A DNA stretch of 64,000 nt, taken from an uncultured Acidobacteriota bacterium (GTDB taxonomy: Bacteria; Acidobacteriota; UBA6911). The notes beneath the pieces are model-generated. The model saw only the letters and a list, made by a program, of their open reading frames with translations, was not told the DNA's origin and made no database searches. Positions within the stretch are counted from its first letter, which is position 1. Each line of letters starts with the position of its first letter. The position numbers and the translations under genes were made by a program. This document shows positions 28,103-37,255 of the stretch, in pieces. The DNA is taken from the NCBI GenBank assembly GCA_963718845.1, contig CAVRAD010000013.1, forward strand, positions 9,893-73,892, read 5' to 3'.

Positions 28103-29542
28103 ATGACAATCACCCGCGCCAAAAGAGCTCCAGCACTATTGACCACCGTTCTTGATCCTAGAGGGCAACCGACGATCGTTGTTCGGCCGCAGCCGCTCGC
28201 TCCTCGTCTCGACACAATCCAGGGGAAAACCATATACCTGGTGGATGTGGGATTTGGCGGGGGGTGGGAATTTCTGGAAGAAACCGTCGCATGGTTCTCC
28301 CGCAACATGCCCAGCGTTAAAACCACGCTGCTGCATAAAAAGGGCATCATGTTCGTCGACGAACCCGAGATGTGGGCGGAGATGAGTCAAAAGGCAGATG
28401 CCATCATCTTCGGAGTCGGTGGCTGAGACGGATGCACGGCGAGTGTCGCCGCACATTGCAGAGAGATTGAAACCAAGCATGGAATCCCCACCGTACCGCT
28501 GGCCAGCGCGCGCTTCGCCGAGTACGCGGCGCAGGACTCTCAGAATCACGGCATGAAATTGCGTTTTTCATTCCCTCCCTATCCTCTGGTGGGAAGGCCG
28601 CGTGAAGTGCTTCGCATGTATGTCGAAGGGAACGATCCCGTATCAGGCAAACCGCTGATGCCGCAGATCATCGATGGATTCACCCGGCCTCTCACCGAAG
28701 AAGAAAAGAAGCCTAAAGCCTCGCGGCGCAAAGCGAGACCCCGGCTGATGCAGCCGGACACGGAAGAGAATCTTCATAAATTATTTCTCGAAAATGGATG
28801 GACGGATGGAGCCCCCATCGTCCTGCCCACCGAAGAGCGCGTGGCGCACATGTTGACGGGCACTGCAGCAGATCCAAACGAAGTTGTCGGCCAGATGACG
28901 ATCACCATCCACCAGGAAAAGCTGGAATACACGGTTGAAAGAGTTGCGGTCAATGCCGTTATGGCGGGCGCCGGCCCCGAGCATCTGCCTGTCATCCTCG
29001 CGCTTGCTGCCAGCGAAGAAGGATCCATGCCAAGTTCAACCACGTCGTTCGGCAGGATGGCAGTGGTTAACGGGCCGATTCGCCAGGAAATAGGAATGAA
29101 CTCCGGCCTGGGAGCGCTGAGCCCCTTTAACCATGCCAACACCGTGATCGGTCGAGCCTGGACTCTGATGACCATAAACCTGGGAGATGCGCGGCTCGGC
29201 GAGACGTTCATGGGATCGACCGGCAACACCATGAACTACAACAATATGATGATCGCCGAAAACGAAGAACGAAACATCTGGGAACCGTTCCACGTGAGGA
29301 TGGGTTTCAAGAAAGGCGAAAGCGTCGTCAGCCTCTTTCAGGGCTGGAGCGCGATCAATAGCATGGGCGCCGCCGGCTGTTGCCGTCCCGCACAAGAAGA
29401 GATGTTGATCATCCTGCAGGCTTTTCCATGTCTGCAGGGAGCTCTCACGCTTGTCATGGATCCGCTCGTTGCCAAGCACTTGAAGGAGCAGGGATTCGAC
29501 GATCCCCAAGCAGCTCTCCAAATATCTGTCGGAGAATTTTAA
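28103..29542 (+). CDS. Candidate selenoprotein: UGSC-like UxxC module fused to an unassigned ~330-aa domain (TGA 28424-28426 read as Sec)
   Basis: ORFs 28103-28426 and 28553-29542 share a frame with no other stop between them. The TGA lies in IIFGVGG-U-DGC-TASVAAHCREIETKHGIPTV, and a hairpin follows it 11 nt downstream. Confidence 0.65.
28431..28457 (+). other. Candidate bacterial SECIS hairpin
   Basis: The upper stem cggcga/tcgccg (28437-28451) has apical loop GUG and starts 11 nt after the UGA. A lower 4-bp stem is separated from it by a 2x2 internal loop. Confidence 0.5.
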
Positions 29543-29543
29543 G

Positions 29544-29885
29544 ATGACGGCCGGGCAGTTCTGGGGATCCGATGTAGTGTATTCGCTGGTGGAACCCAAC
29601 GCGCGCAATGGCATTGAACCGTATGCATCCTGGTTGAAGCTGCCTAAGGACGCGAGGATCGCACCCTATACTGTTCCAGAAAAAATCAACGTGATCGTTG
29701 TCGGCGGCGAAACCCAGGCGCTCTGGCTTACAACGGACATGTGGCACACCAAGACGGTTTCCATCGATAGGTGGAGGCCGAAAACCGGCGCTTACAGGGA
29801 AGATGAACAGGCTGCCCGCCGCCGCCAAGCCCGTCAGAAGCGGCATGCGGCAGCGCTAAATGCTTCGGGCTACGATTTGAAATAA
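29544..29885 (+). CDS. Hypothetical protein, probably the displaced C-terminus of the preceding gene
   Basis: It starts 1 nt after the previous stop. Removing one C from the run at 29504-29507 joins the frames as GFDDPKQLSKYLSENFKMTAGQFWG. Confidence 0.4.
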   Translation: MTAGQFWGSDVVYSLVEPNARNGIEPYASWLKLPKDARIAPYTVPEKINVIVVGGETQALWLTTDMWHTKTVSIDRWRPKTGAYREDEQAARRRQARQKRHAAALNASGYDLK

Positions 29886-29929
29886 GCCGCAGAACAAGAA
29901 CTTCTATTTTCACGGAGAGGCTTCGGAAA

Positions 29930-30232
29930 TCATTGGCCGATCCACATTAGCCCGTAGCCAAGAGCTTCGCCGCAGGACTTTTGCGGCATTGAACTATTTT
30001 CGGGATAGGAACCGATAACAACCCATCCTTCTTTATTTAATTCATCGAAAGCGTTGTTTTTTGTAGGCCATCTGCGCGTCGACTCCTGGACATCCGCAAA
30101 AAGGCCAACTAAAAAATGCCAATACCCCTTCTCATGCTCCAGCCAGGCATAACGGCTCGCCGATGTTTCGGGAATTATGGGGCCGGGCGAATTGCCTTGA
30201 TTAATGCGCAATAGAAATGCATAGCGTCCCAT
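29930..30232 (-). CDS. Hypothetical small protein
   Basis: 100-codon ORF in an A/T-richer islet. I recognise no family, and the RBS spacing is poor. Confidence 0.25.
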   Translation of the reverse strand: MGRYAFLLRINQGNSPGPIIPETSASRYAWLEHEKGYWHFLVGLFADVQESTRRWPTKNNAFDELNKEGWVVIGSYPENSSMPQKSCGEALGYGLMWIGQ

Positions 30233-30651
30233 CTCCTATCCGGCTCGCATTCTTCACAGAATCCCATTTTGCGAAATGAAGTCCGTGGCGAAAGCGGGCA
30301 CGCTCGCTCCTGCAACAAGTCTGCATTTTCACTTCAATGCGACGATTTATTTGCAATCGACATGCCAGAAAGGGGCAAAGGATCAAACCAAACACAAAAA
30401 AATGGGAATACCCTTATTTTATGCGGGATTACGAATACCACCCATTTTGCCCATGATGCCATCCCATTTGAGCGCTCCGGAAATCCCTACTCCAAACTGC
30501 TGATTTTCAGCATTTTTGTGCGCAAAATCAGCGCTGCAAACCGGTACGCCTCGAAGGAGTGACGATCTAAATTGATCGGGATTGGTGAGTCCTGTCACAA
30601 CACCGCAGCGAATTGGGCGCTACAATCGTTTTCAGAAAGGAGATCTCCAAC

Positions 30652-31503
30652 GTGGCCGACAGTCCAATTCCTTTCACTCCGCGTCTGTGGATTAGCTATC
30701 CATACATAAACGGCGAAGAGCGGGATTTCTCGTATCTCATATCCCAACTAAAAAAGGCAAATATTGAAGCTGCCTACGATTCGTTTCAGCTGATGCCAAC
30801 CGTGCGCCTTTGGGAACGGATTGTGCCAAGGCTGGTCAGCATTGGCTTTGATGGCTGGCTCTATATACTGACACACCAGTGTTTCACCCGCAAAACCTAT
30901 ACCGATGAATTGATGGCAGCGATTGACAAAATCATGCTGCGTCTTGGTCCGCAATTTCCCATGATCGGGCTGATGCATGGGATTGCCACACAAAATGTCC
31001 CTACGGCACTAAGAGTCCGGCCCTGCATATCCTTGGGTGATCCGGAGTGGAAGCAGCAGCTAACTGAAACCTTACGAAAAAGCGCATTGCCCGGAAAGAA
31101 CAGGACAATGCGAAAAGAAACACGATTTTCCTGGAAAATTCATTCCTGCTACGGCGGTGATCCATCGATGACGGCAGTGGAAGTGCGATCCATGGCTGAA
31201 AGAATTCAGTATTGGCGATTCGCAGTCCCTAAGTCGGCTCAAACTGCCAGGTGGGGTCAGGGACCCGCGGGAGGCTGCGATATTTCCCGCGTGCGGTTTG
31301 CGGAAGCCAATGGATCGGGGAAATATGAACACTGCGATATCATGTGGTTTGGAGCCGCCAACACCGTCTCTGATACCGAAAGCGCCTATGCCGTTTTCCT
31401 GGGGACGCTGCCCGATTTCATATGCTTCGGGTCCGCAAAGAGCCCCTTTGGCCCTCCGGACTCAATGGAGGTCATGCGTCCCAGGAGTCTGTCCGAGCAA
31501 TAG
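30652..31503 (+). CDS. TIR-like domain protein with unassigned C-terminal domain
   Basis: GTG 30652 lies 9 nt after AAGGAG. TIR-like pattern RLWISYPY, DFSYLISQLKKANIEAAYD, WLYILT and TYTDELMAAI. The C-terminal ~150 aa are unrecognised. Confidence 0.5.
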   Translation: MADSPIPFTPRLWISYPYINGEERDFSYLISQLKKANIEAAYDSFQLMPTVRLWERIVPRLVSIGFDGWLYILTHQCFTRKTYTDELMAAIDKIMLRLGPQFPMIGLMHGIATQNVPTALRVRPCISLGDPEWKQQLTETLRKSALPGKNRTMRKETRFSWKIHSCYGGDPSMTAVEVRSMAERIQYWRFAVPKSAQTARWGQGPAGGCDISRVRFAEANGSGKYEHCDIMWFGAANTVSDTESAYAVFLGTLPDFICFGSAKSPFGPPDSMEVMRPRSLSEQ

Positions 31504-31606
31504 CAGGGGTCACCCTCTTCTATTACTCGGGCAGTCTCCCCGCCTTCCGGGCAAATCCAGCCGGCTTGAGTAATTCCCAGGCAAAACGACACTCCCAGTC
31601 AAACTG

Positions 31607-32266
31607 CTATTTCAGTGGGCGAAGAATGGCGCGGCATGGGCCCGCATCGCCATGGTACATGAGAAGCGGGAGGCACAGCAGTTCGTACTCGCCGGGCGGA
31701 ACATTGCCCAGGGCGCAGGCCTCCAGGATATAAATCCCTGCCGAAAGCAGCGCCTGGTGTGTTTTGACGATATTTGGCTCATCCTTGAGGTAGCCGATCG
31801 TAATGTTATCCAGACCGAACAGACGGATCTTCTTTTCTGCAAGATACTCGGCCGCAGCACCGTCAAGATAGACGTAGTCCTCAACAAATTTCGGCGATTC
31901 ATAGACTATGGGAGAGTTCCGCGTCTTGAACAACAGCCGCTCGCCCTTCTTGATATTATGTTTTTTCAGCTCGGAGACTTTGATTTTCTCCTCGTCTTTG
32001 ATTTCGATTACGCGCGCACGGCCGACGGTGGCGTCCAGCGGCATGTCGGATATGGTGGATCCGCCGGGGATAAAATGGAGCGGCGCATCGATGTGCGTGC
32101 CCGTGTGCGAGATGATTTCCAGCATGGACATGGTAACCTTCGCGCCTAGTTCCACGTCACTAAAACGATAAATTTTCGGTGGCACAGGATCCAGGGGCAA
32201 ATAGTTCATCCCCTGCTTGAGAGGCACGGAGATGTCATACCATCCTTTCGGGGCTCTTACTGCCAT
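31607..32266 (-). CDS. Cyclase family protein (kynurenine formamidase-like)
   Basis: Motif HTGTHIDAPLHF, plus DISVPL. 219 aa. Confidence 0.8.
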   Translation of the reverse strand: MAVRAPKGWYDISVPLKQGMNYLPLDPVPPKIYRFSDVELGAKVTMSMLEIISHTGTHIDAPLHFIPGGSTISDMPLDATVGRARVIEIKDEEKIKVSELKKHNIKKGERLLFKTRNSPIVYESPKFVEDYVYLDGAAAEYLAEKKIRLFGLDNITIGYLKDEPNIVKTHQALLSAGIYILEACALGNVPPGEYELLCLPLLMYHGDAGPCRAILRPLK

Positions 32267-32513
32267 CGGAAGCCTCCTTGTTTTAGCTTTGACGATCTAT
32301 TAGTAAAGGAATAATCACACAAAGCGCGTTGCGCGCGTACCTGTGATCTTATACCGCCCCCAGGCATCAGAGGAAACGAAAAATCCACACCAGCGATTTT
32401 GTCCGGCATTCCGCATGAAGCACGGGTGGAATCCGCACGCCGAATGTAAAGAAATCACACGCCCCTAACACTCTGCTTAACCGTAAGTTATTGATAAATA
32501 TGACTATTGCTTC

Positions 32514-32529
32514 AGGCACGCCAATTGCA
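32514..32529 (+). promoter_or_regulatory. Candidate sigma-54 (-24/-12) promoter
   Basis: aGGCACgccaaTTGCA matches TGGCAC-N5-TTGCA with correct spacing. It lies ~35 nt upstream of the ECF sigma start, and a sigma-54 activator gene lies in the same gene string. Confidence 0.45.
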
Positions 32530-32563
32530 CTACGTAAGTGTTCGTATATTAACGGGAGCGTAT

Positions 32564-33310
32564 ATGGAAACGACGATTTGGGATTCATCAAACCTGCAGG
32601 ATCGCTCGCTTATCAGCAAGAGCCAGAACGGCGATCATATTGCCTTTGAAACTCTGATACAAAAATATCAGCATCAGCTTTTAAGCCTGGTTTGCTGGCA
32701 TGCCGGACCGGCGGCGGACACTGATGACCTCCTGCAACTCATTATGTGCAAAGTATATTTCTCCCTGAAATCGTTCGATATTGATCGCCCCTTTTATCCC
32801 TGGCTCCGGCGCATTGCGGTCAATCGATGTTGTGACGAGAGAAGACGGCTCCGCCGCAGGAGAATCCTTACGTTTGCGGATTTGAACCTGGAGGAAACCG
32901 GCATCGAGAGGGAACTACCGGCATTGCGCGCGATATCTAATTCTTATTATTCGGACCGGCAACAGGATTTGAATGACGCGTTGCATGCTATCATCGAGCA
33001 ACTCCCCAAAGAGTACCGGGAAATCATCAACCTCCGCCACCTGCAGCAGAACTCTTACGAGGAAATCGCGGAGATGCTGCAGTGCACGCCACGCGCCGCA
33101 AGAGTTAAAGCCTGCCGGGCGCGAACCGCGCTAAAGAAATTGATTCTCAAATCCTCGTGTGATGAAGCCGCGCAGCCGGCGACTTTTAATGTCTTCCAAA
33201 GGCTCAGCGATTGTTTTCGGCGAGATGCCGCGCAAGAGTTGCCCCAGACCCGAATTCCAAGGCTTCCTGCCCAATCTAACTCAAGGCAGTACGTCATGCG
33301 GGCGGAATAA
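32564..33310 (+). CDS. ECF-type RNA polymerase sigma factor with ~50-aa C-terminal extension
   Basis: Starts at ATG 32564. Region 2 motifs are FETLIQKYQHQL, DLLQLIMCKVY and FYPWLRRIAVNRCCD. Region 4 motif is YREIINLRHLQQNSYEEIAEML. Confidence 0.8.
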   Translation: METTIWDSSNLQDRSLISKSQNGDHIAFETLIQKYQHQLLSLVCWHAGPAADTDDLLQLIMCKVYFSLKSFDIDRPFYPWLRRIAVNRCCDERRRLRRRRILTFADLNLEETGIERELPALRAISNSYYSDRQQDLNDALHAIIEQLPKEYREIINLRHLQQNSYEEIAEMLQCTPRAARVKACRARTALKKLILKSSCDEAAQPATFNVFQRLSDCFRRDAAQELPQTRIPRLPAQSNSRQYVMRAE

Positions 33311-33483
33311 TGACACAGGCATGCCGTATGAGAATAAAGAACCTTTGTCCGGCAGATTTTGTTTCTTGCGATGGCGCACTCAACTGTTATAAAAAGGATG
33401 CAGCAATCATATTTCCGGCCGATGCAGCAAGCTGGCGCTCCGGGCATTCTCACTAATGCTCCGACGATGCTATTGAAAGGTAT

Positions 33484-34128
33484 ATGCTCGAACTGATCCT
33501 GAAGAGATGGATTCTGACCTCCATGCTGATTTGTATCGGAGCTGCGACTGTTGCCCGGGCGTTCCAATTCCCCACCATGCCCGCGCCGAAAGCACCGGAC
33601 ATGTGGCAACCGGGGGATCGGAAAGGGCCGGACTGGCTGGATGAGACTACAAAGCGGCTGGAAAAGGCCAAGAGCATCAGCCAACCGGGGCCTGAGATTG
33701 AATTCCTGCAAGCCAGAGCCTCGGATTTGCTGGAGCGGGCAAAATCATCGCGCGAAAATTTCTTCCGTTTTGGCAGGTTTATCGCGGCAGCGAACGCCAT
33801 GCTGGAAGCAAGTGATAGAATGCTATGGTTGCGCAAGACGGAACGAACTCCCCAGGAACAGGACTTCTGGGGCGCCGGCTTTATGCTGCCGGGCTGCTAT
33901 TTCAGAGTCCGGCAAGCGGAATTTTTCGCGTCGTTGGGCGGAGAAAAGAATTTCGACCAATACGTCACATGGTCAAAGAGTTTTTATCAGCAGGCTCGGG
34001 TCGCCTACGATGCCCATGAATACCAGAGAGCGAGGTTGTATGGCGACGCATCCTCTTTCATCGTGTTTGCTTTGGAATGCATCGCGCAGGCAAATGTTCA
34101 AATGCCTGACGCCCCCACTACGAAATAG
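33484..34128 (+). CDS. Hypothetical exported protein
   Basis: Signal-like WILTSMLICIGAATVARA. Helical, with no family recognised. Confidence 0.45.
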   Translation: MLELILKRWILTSMLICIGAATVARAFQFPTMPAPKAPDMWQPGDRKGPDWLDETTKRLEKAKSISQPGPEIEFLQARASDLLERAKSSRENFFRFGRFIAAANAMLEASDRMLWLRKTERTPQEQDFWGAGFMLPGCYFRVRQAEFFASLGGEKNFDQYVTWSKSFYQQARVAYDAHEYQRARLYGDASSFIVFALECIAQANVQMPDAPTTK

Positions 34129-34134
34129 GTTTCA

Positions 34135-35607
34135 ATGCTCTGGCCCGCGCCCGTAAGCTTCCGAGCTCAAGCCTTCATCATCGCTGCAGCGTCTCTGGCC
34201 GTTGCCTGTCTGGCGGCCTTCATCGTTCGGGATGTAATCTTTGCTACCGAAAGCAAGCTCCTGGCGGACTCACAGCAGTTGTGCATCGCGGCAAGCCAGG
34301 AACTCAGAACCCAATACCAGGAGCGCGCGGCGTATGCTGGGGACCCGCTAAAAAACCTGCCGCGCGATGCACAGGAAATCTCCCTCATGGGGATTTCCGC
34401 AACGGTCCTTAAAGCTTACAAAGGCATCAAGGGAGGAATGTTTCTGACGGAAACCGACAGGATCATGGGTTATTCCTACCCGACGGCCGTTTCCGGATCC
34501 GAATCGGAGCTGACGGAAATCGAGCGGATATTTATCCGATCCTTGGCCAATCGTTCGGCTGGAGACGAAGCGATCGCCACGCAGTCGGAGTGGTACGATC
34601 GCGATCTGATCGTGGGCGCGGCGGTACGATCGGGAGGAATGGTTCTCTGGACAATGCGCCGTGTACCCGTCCTCCGCTATCCGTTGATGGGAACGCAGCG
34701 CTGGTGGCTGGCAGCACTGGTGTTTTCAACATTGCTTGGTGTGGGCGGCATCATTTCGATCTGGTATATGCTTCATTCAGGGGTTGCGGGCATCCGGCAC
34801 GGGCTGCGCCATTTGGAAGACAACTTCTCCTATCGCCTGCCGCTCATCCGCGGAGATCTGGGTCAGGTTGCTCAGGCCATCAACCGCATGGCGGAACGGC
34901 GGGCGGCGCTCGAAGAAAAGCTTCGCCAACAGGATCGGTTGGCCGCTTTGGGCAAAGTGGTGGCCGGCGTAGCCCATGAAGTCCGCAATCCGCTGAATTC
35001 CATAAAACTCACGCTTCAGCTGCTCGATCGCCGATTAAAGAAAGGAATTACGGCGTCGAATGAAGTCGAGGAATGTCTGCAGGAAATTGACCGTCTTGAT
35101 ATGATAGTAGGAAGGCTTCTTGCCTTCGGCCGTCCAGTTATGACGAACCGTCACATGCAGGAAATCGAGCCTCTGATTCATCAGGCAATCAAGATGGTGC
35201 ACGAGCCCATGCAGAATAAGAGTATTCAGATTATTGTCAACGAAGTGGAGAAGGGCTTGAGCGCAGATGTCGACGGTCCTCAGATCATCCAGGTACTGAT
35301 CAACCTGTTGCTCAATGCCATCGAAGCGGTTCCTTCTTCCGGAACGGTTCGATTGACAGCCGAAAGCCTTGGGCCGAATGTCTGCATCCGCATAGCCGAC
35401 GAAGGCGCGCGCATCCCGGATGATGTCAGACAACACGTCTTTGATGCCTATTACACCACAAAACCCAACGGCAGTGGACTGGGACTGTCGGTGTCCAGGG
35501 AAATCGTGGTGAACCACGGAGGCGCATTGGAATTTGAATCTGAATTTTCCGGCACTACATTCATAATGCTGCTTCCCATCGAGAGGAGCCAGGCCGATGA
35601 GACCTAA
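34135..35607 (+). CDS. Sensor histidine kinase (TM-sensor, HAMP, HisKA, HATPase)
   Basis: H-box [14 protein letters not shown]-box LLNAIEA, and G-boxes DEGARIP and GSGLGLS. Confidence 0.85.
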   Translation: MLWPAPVSFRAQAFIIAAASLAVACLAAFIVRDVIFATESKLLADSQQLCIAASQELRTQYQERAAYAGDPLKNLPRDAQEISLMGISATVLKAYKGIKGGMFLTETDRIMGYSYPTAVSGSESELTEIERIFIRSLANRSAGDEAIATQSEWYDRDLIVGAAVRSGGMVLWTMRRVPVLRYPLMGTQRWWLAALVFSTLLGVGGIISIWYMLHSGVAGIRHGLRHLEDNFSYRLPLIRGDLGQVAQAINRMAERRAALEEKLRQQDRLAALGKVVAGVAHEVRNPLNSIKLTLQLLDRRLKKGITASNEVEECLQEIDRLDMIVGRLLAFGRPVMTNRHMQEIEPLIHQAIKMVHEPMQNKSIQIIVNEVEKGLSADVDGPQIIQVLINLLLNAIEAVPSSGTVRLTAESLGPNVCIRIADEGARIPDDVRQHVFDAYYTTKPNGSGLGLSVSREIVVNHGGALEFESEFSGTTFIMLLPIERSQADET

Positions 35608-36956
35608 AGCGTCGGTGCTCATTGCGGAAGACGAAGCGCAGGCGCGGGAATCGCTCCGTGCGTTGCTGGAAGATGAAGGGTACCAGGTTCTCTGCGCATC
35701 CGATGGCATGGAAGCATCCAGGATTCTCAGCCAGTCCACAGTGGAGGCGGCACTCATCGACATCCGCATGCCTTTCAAAGATGGGCTGACTCTTCTGCGA
35801 GAGCTGAAGGAGTACCCGGCCCCTCCAGCCGTTTTGATCATGACTGCCTATGGAACCAGCGCGCTCGCCATCGAAGCCATGGCGCTCGGCGCATTTGACT
35901 ACATCACCAAGCCGCTTGATTTTGAAGAATTGCGGATCCAGTTGCAGCGGGCCATCGAAGACCGGCGGAAAACCAGCGAACTCGAAGCCTATAGAGAAGA
36001 AGACGCGCAGCAGGATACCGAGATCGTCGGCAAAAGCGCGGCCATGCAGAAACTGTATAAGCTGATTGGACAGGTGTCGGCGACGGACTCGACCGTTCTG
36101 ATTCGCGGGGAATCCGGGACCGGCAAAGAAGTAGTGGCGCGCGCAATCCATAGACACAGCCTGCGCTGTCGCCAGGCGCATGGTAAAAGTGAATTGCGCC
36201 TCCATCCCGGAGACGCTCCTGGAAGCGGAATTGTTCGGGCACGAGCGAGGAGCGTTTACAGGCGCCTCACAGCGCAGGATAGGGAAATTTGAATACGCGG
36301 CCGGAGGAACGCTTTTTCTGGACGAGATCGGCGATCTCGCGCCTTCCACGCAGATCAAACTACTGCGTGTCCTGCAGGACCATTGCATCGAGCGCCTCGG
36401 TTCCAACATCACGATACCCCTCGACGTGCGGATCATTACCGCTACCAACCGTGATCTCGAGGCTGCCGTGCGGGAAGGACATTTTCGCGAAGATCTTTAC
36501 TATCGCCTGAATGTCGTCACCATCCTCATGCCCCCGCTGCGCCAAAGGCGCGAAGACATTCTTGAGCTCGCTCAATATCTGCTGCGCCGCAGCGCGGCGC
36601 GCCTGAAGATGCAGGTCCCTTCGCTCTCGGAAGAAGCCAGGGAGCATCTCTGCGCCGGCGACTGGCCGGGAAATGTCCGCGAATTAGAGCATTGCCTGGA
36701 ACGCGCGCTCATCCTCAGCAGGTCCGGCTCCATTCTCAGGGAGCATGTGCTATCATCCGCCAGCCCATCGACAGGCGATCCCGCAAATGCTTTCCCGCTT
36801 GAAGAGGGATTGCACAGCGCCATAGCAAAACTGGAGCGCAGTCTGATAGAACGCGCTTTGGCATCCGCGGGGGGCAACCGAACCCGCGCCGCAGAAATTT
36901 TGAAGATCAATCGCCGGCTGCTGTATGACAAGCTGCGGGAACACGGCCTGGAATAA
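35597..36956 (+). pseudogene. Sigma-54-dependent response regulator (NtrC family), one frameshift
   Basis: Receiver (VLIAEDE..DIRMP) plus AAA+ (GESGTGKE) ends out of frame. ORF 36180-36956 continues with [34 protein letters not shown] and an HTH domain. There is a +1 shift near 36158-36182. Confidence 0.8.
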
Positions 36957-37255
36957 GCGCCTCCAATATTCATCGGAACCAAAAGAGAGTAGCCGCGAAT
37001 TTCACGGATTAGAATTCCTAATATTTCTAGAAAAACAGTCTGGCCGCAAAATTCCAGCCCAATCGGGATTAAATCCTTTTCATCCTGAAAGGAATAGTCT
37101 ATAAGCTAGCTCTGTCCGCGAGAGCATTGTGGCGCGATAGAATTCCTTTGAGAAATGCGGTTTCAACGCGTATCGAAGCCCGATAGCGGTTGCGATGTCG
37201 GCTTCGAAGATTATTGTCTGTTGAATTCTTTTTGAGGCACCGAGGAGAAGCGGGA

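Noticed and set aside
30233-30612. Short minus-strand reading frames (for example ..ADFAHKNAENQQFGVGISGALKWDGIMGKMGGIRNPA) that might be fragments of a decayed gene next to the TIR-like gene.
   Set aside because: I recognise no family, the frames are broken within tens of codons, and nothing can be supported without a database search.
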